From Dicyema japonicum (taxonomy: Eukaryota; Animalia; Dicyemida): a DNA stretch of 64,000 nt. The position numbers were made by a program, and so were the translations under genes. Shown here piece after piece: positions 61,380 to 64,000 of the stretch. The stretch's first letter is position 1; each line of letters opens with the position of its first letter. The stretch covers positions 15,133 through 79,132 of the forward strand of contig RDEW01000104.1 in NCBI GenBank assembly GCA_011109175.1, in the 5' to 3' direction. The notes under the pieces are model-generated. The model was given only the letters and a program-made list of their open reading frames with translations. It did not search any database and was not told where the DNA came from.

Positions 61380-62100
61380 TTAACATCGTTTAAAAATCAT
61401 AAGCAAGACAATAAATAAACAAACAAGGTCAATTATATAAACTGACATAAACAAGGCCAATAATATTGCCCACGTGTGCAACGTTATGTCAGTGGTTGAA
61501 GATTTGTTTTGTTTTGTTCCTCCACTTTCCTTGTTCTCATAGAGCGGTGACGCCCAGTAGCAGGGTGGTATGAAAAAGGACAATTTACTCTCTCCCGCTC
61601 CACTTGAGAGGTTCTAACAACTACAAGAACTGGGAATTTTCTTCCTTTTTCGTTAGTTCTGTTGAAGTTGAAGCTTGCATTGGGTCCAGCCAGTGTTGTC
61701 AAAAAATGTTCAATAATTTCTCAATAGAAGACCAAAGTCACACGCCAATGATCTTCAATAGGTCCGAATCCGTAAAACACGGGACTGTCGGCAGTGAAAA
61801 ATGAGTCCTATATGATGAAAAGCGAGGTATGTGTGTCACAAAAGGTTACTTGTATTCTAGTGGTTAAACGTGAAATTCTGAAAAAAAAGATTGGAAAAAT
61901 TTTAACAATTTTATTCGCATAAATGAAATTCGGCAGTTGATTGAATTCAATCTCATAATTATTGTAATCACTGAAAATATGTTTTATTTCAATTTTTAAG
62001 GGTATACCAGAGAAAGTGAATGCGAACCACAAGAGAATATCTCTGGACGATAAAGCAAGTCGAATTTCGTCTTTTAATTGAATTAGATTTAATTCGACGA
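61380..62100 (-). pseudogene. Degenerate lineage-specific membrane protein gene (ectodomain with N-glycosylation sequons plus C-terminal TM)
   Basis: One reading frame of ~210 codons broken by two stops (NASF, NRTN sequons), then a frameshift to the TM segment WAILLALFMSVYIIDLVCLFIVLLMIF. Confidence 0.45.
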
Positions 62101-62694
62101 TTCAGTGAGGCAAAATGGCTAATAATCAGACTTCCATCATCAATTTATTTGAGATTTCTGTAACCGCCAATACCAACAGTCAACGACCTTTCAAGTTTTC
62201 AATCATAAAACTGCAATTTCCATCCAAAACTTTAATCCTTTTCTTTATACTCCCCAATGGATAACATTCTACATAAAGCGGAGGAGAGAAAACAATATTG
62301 TACCTTTCAGGTGGAAATAGCAATTATCAAGTTCCCTGAATAGTTTTCAGTCCTATTCACGTGACAGACTCTCGTTTAGTTGATCCTCAACGTATACTAA
62401 ACTATGACTTTACTCATGGATTTCTTTAAAGACAGTCTATACAAGGGAGCACACTGCTCCCTTCCCCAATTTTGTTCCAATCTTTGGAAAACAAACATGG
62501 GCATAAGTGACTTCATAAATTAGCTTATTACTTTTCGAAACGGATTTCCCCCGTTTAGTCTCCTGGATTTACGAAGAAATTCAGCAACTCAAATTTCCAC
62601 TCAATAAACTTATAACTTAGCGGTTGATTAAGGAAAACACACTCGTTCTCATACCTAATTACTCCTCCTATTCTTCAACCTCCATCGCTTAGGC

Positions 62695-64000
62695 CAGAGG
62701 TTTTCGACCTGGGTTCCGCGGAACCCTTATGCGCGAAATAATCTAGGGGTTCCGCGAAGTTCCAAAATTTTTTTTAATTTTTTTTGCCTTGGGGATCGCT
62801 ACCGATTTACTCCTGTTGCGACCGAATCATCGGGAGCCGTTAATCCAATGAGTTCTTGCGAGAGCTCGGAGGAATGCTTGCCAGAAAGAAAAGGGATCAA
62901 CGAGAAGGGTTATGGCTAAGACAAAAGATTGGAATGGCCATACTCCGAGGGAACTCGTTTGCAATCCACGCAGCAGGCTTCCTAAACTGACATTTGTTTA
63001 ATTGTTAAAAAATTATTTTGTTAAAAAAATTATTTTGTTAAAAAAAATTATTCTTTTAAAATTCTTTTGAAAAAAGAATAATTTTTCAAAACGAATTAAA
63101 TTAATTTGCGCGTGTCTAAATGGAGATTTGTGACAGTGCATATCTTAAAGTTCGATCGTATCGAGAAAGTTATATTGCCTTTGGTTTCACATGGACTGGG
63201 GGCATGGATTGCCCTCTACCACTTTGTGTTGTTTGCGGTGAAAAACTTGCGAATAGTGCTAAGGCTCCAACGAAACTTAGAGGTCATTTCTCCACCAAGC
63301 ACTCTGAACTTTCAAGAAAAAAAATATTTTATGCGGAAATTGGACCAGAATAAAGTTCAAGCATCCCGTTTTACAAAAAATCAAAATAAACGAAAAAACA
63401 CTGCATGCTAGTTATGCTGTTGCTGAGCTTACCACTAAAAAAATGTTCATATATTACAGGAAGAATGCAACTCCTTGTTTTCGTTCGATATATGAAGGAT
63501 GAATCCATTATTGAAGATTTATTTTGCTGCAAAGAGTTTCTCGGAACAACAAAGGACATTTTCAATCTTATAAATTCATATTTTGAGGATATAAAGTTGG
63601 ATTCGAATGCATGTGTGGGTATCTGCACTGATGGTGCTCCAGCAAGGCTTCGTTTCTAAAGAATCCGAACATTATTCACACGCATTGTTATATTCATCGC
63701 GAGCATTGGTCTCAAAAACTATTGGGCATGAACTTAAATGTGCTTTTGACATGATTGTAAAAATAATTATTTACATCAAATGAGGCCGTTCAAATTGCGA
63801 CAGTTTGGAAACTTTGTGAAAATGCATTCATTTTGATTTTGAATACTGAAGTAGAAGGCTCTCAAGGGAATCATGTCAATTCGTTTCTATGAACTAAGAC
63901 ATATGGATAACTCTCAAAGGAATCATGTCAATTCGTTTCTATGAACTAAGAAAAAATTCAATGCTCCAGTCCATGTGAAACCAAAGGCAATGTAACTTTC
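62695..64000 (+). mobile_element. hAT (Buster/ZBED5-8-like) element, degenerate, runs off the window
   Basis: TIR-like CAGAGGTTTTCGACCTGGGTTCCGCGGAACCC; RSYRESYIAFGFTW....PLCVVCGEKLANSA.APTKL; QLLVFVRY, CVGICTDGAPA, HCYIHREALV. Confidence 0.88.
62780..63100 (+). mobile_element. CRE-like 3' end nested in the hAT element
   Basis: GDRYRFTPVATESSG...WLRQKIGMAILRGNS..GFLN* followed by a repeated TTAAAAAATTATTTTG tail. Confidence 0.88.

Noticed and set aside
1-64000. tRNA, rRNA, snRNA, spliced-leader genes or SECIS elements
   Set aside because: None recognisable by eye. A covariance-model search would be needed, so absence is not established.

Overview
This is AT-rich eukaryotic nuclear DNA read in the standard genetic code. 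It holds eight intact, strongly diverged housekeeping genes of animal type: eIF3b, SECISBP2, GAK/auxilin, AP-3 delta, PMS2, RPS3, an ERM protein and single-chain ATP-citrate lyase. By manual gene building against remembered animal orthologues these genes contain roughly 100 introns, nearly all 20-28 nt. This fits a genome-reduced metazoan parasite such as a myxozoan or dicyemid (inference, species not determinable). Between the genes lie decayed transposons: jockey/I-like, RTE, CRE and R4-like non-LTR elements, hAT elements and a DDE integrase. There are also two LAMP-like membrane-protein paralogues and several pseudogenes. The most notable signal is relaxed splice-site use in the miniature introns: two GT...TG introns needed to keep conserved motifs in SECISBP2 and PMS2, three GAG acceptors and one GC donor, all at the modal length, suggesting length-defined splicing. 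Other signals are an apparent excess of the palindrome CACGTG, telomeric repeats inside a LINE, a CRE template-jump chimera and a conserved GATCAC motif at LINE 3' ends. All calls come from manual reading and remembered family motifs; no database search was run. TE boundaries are approximate.
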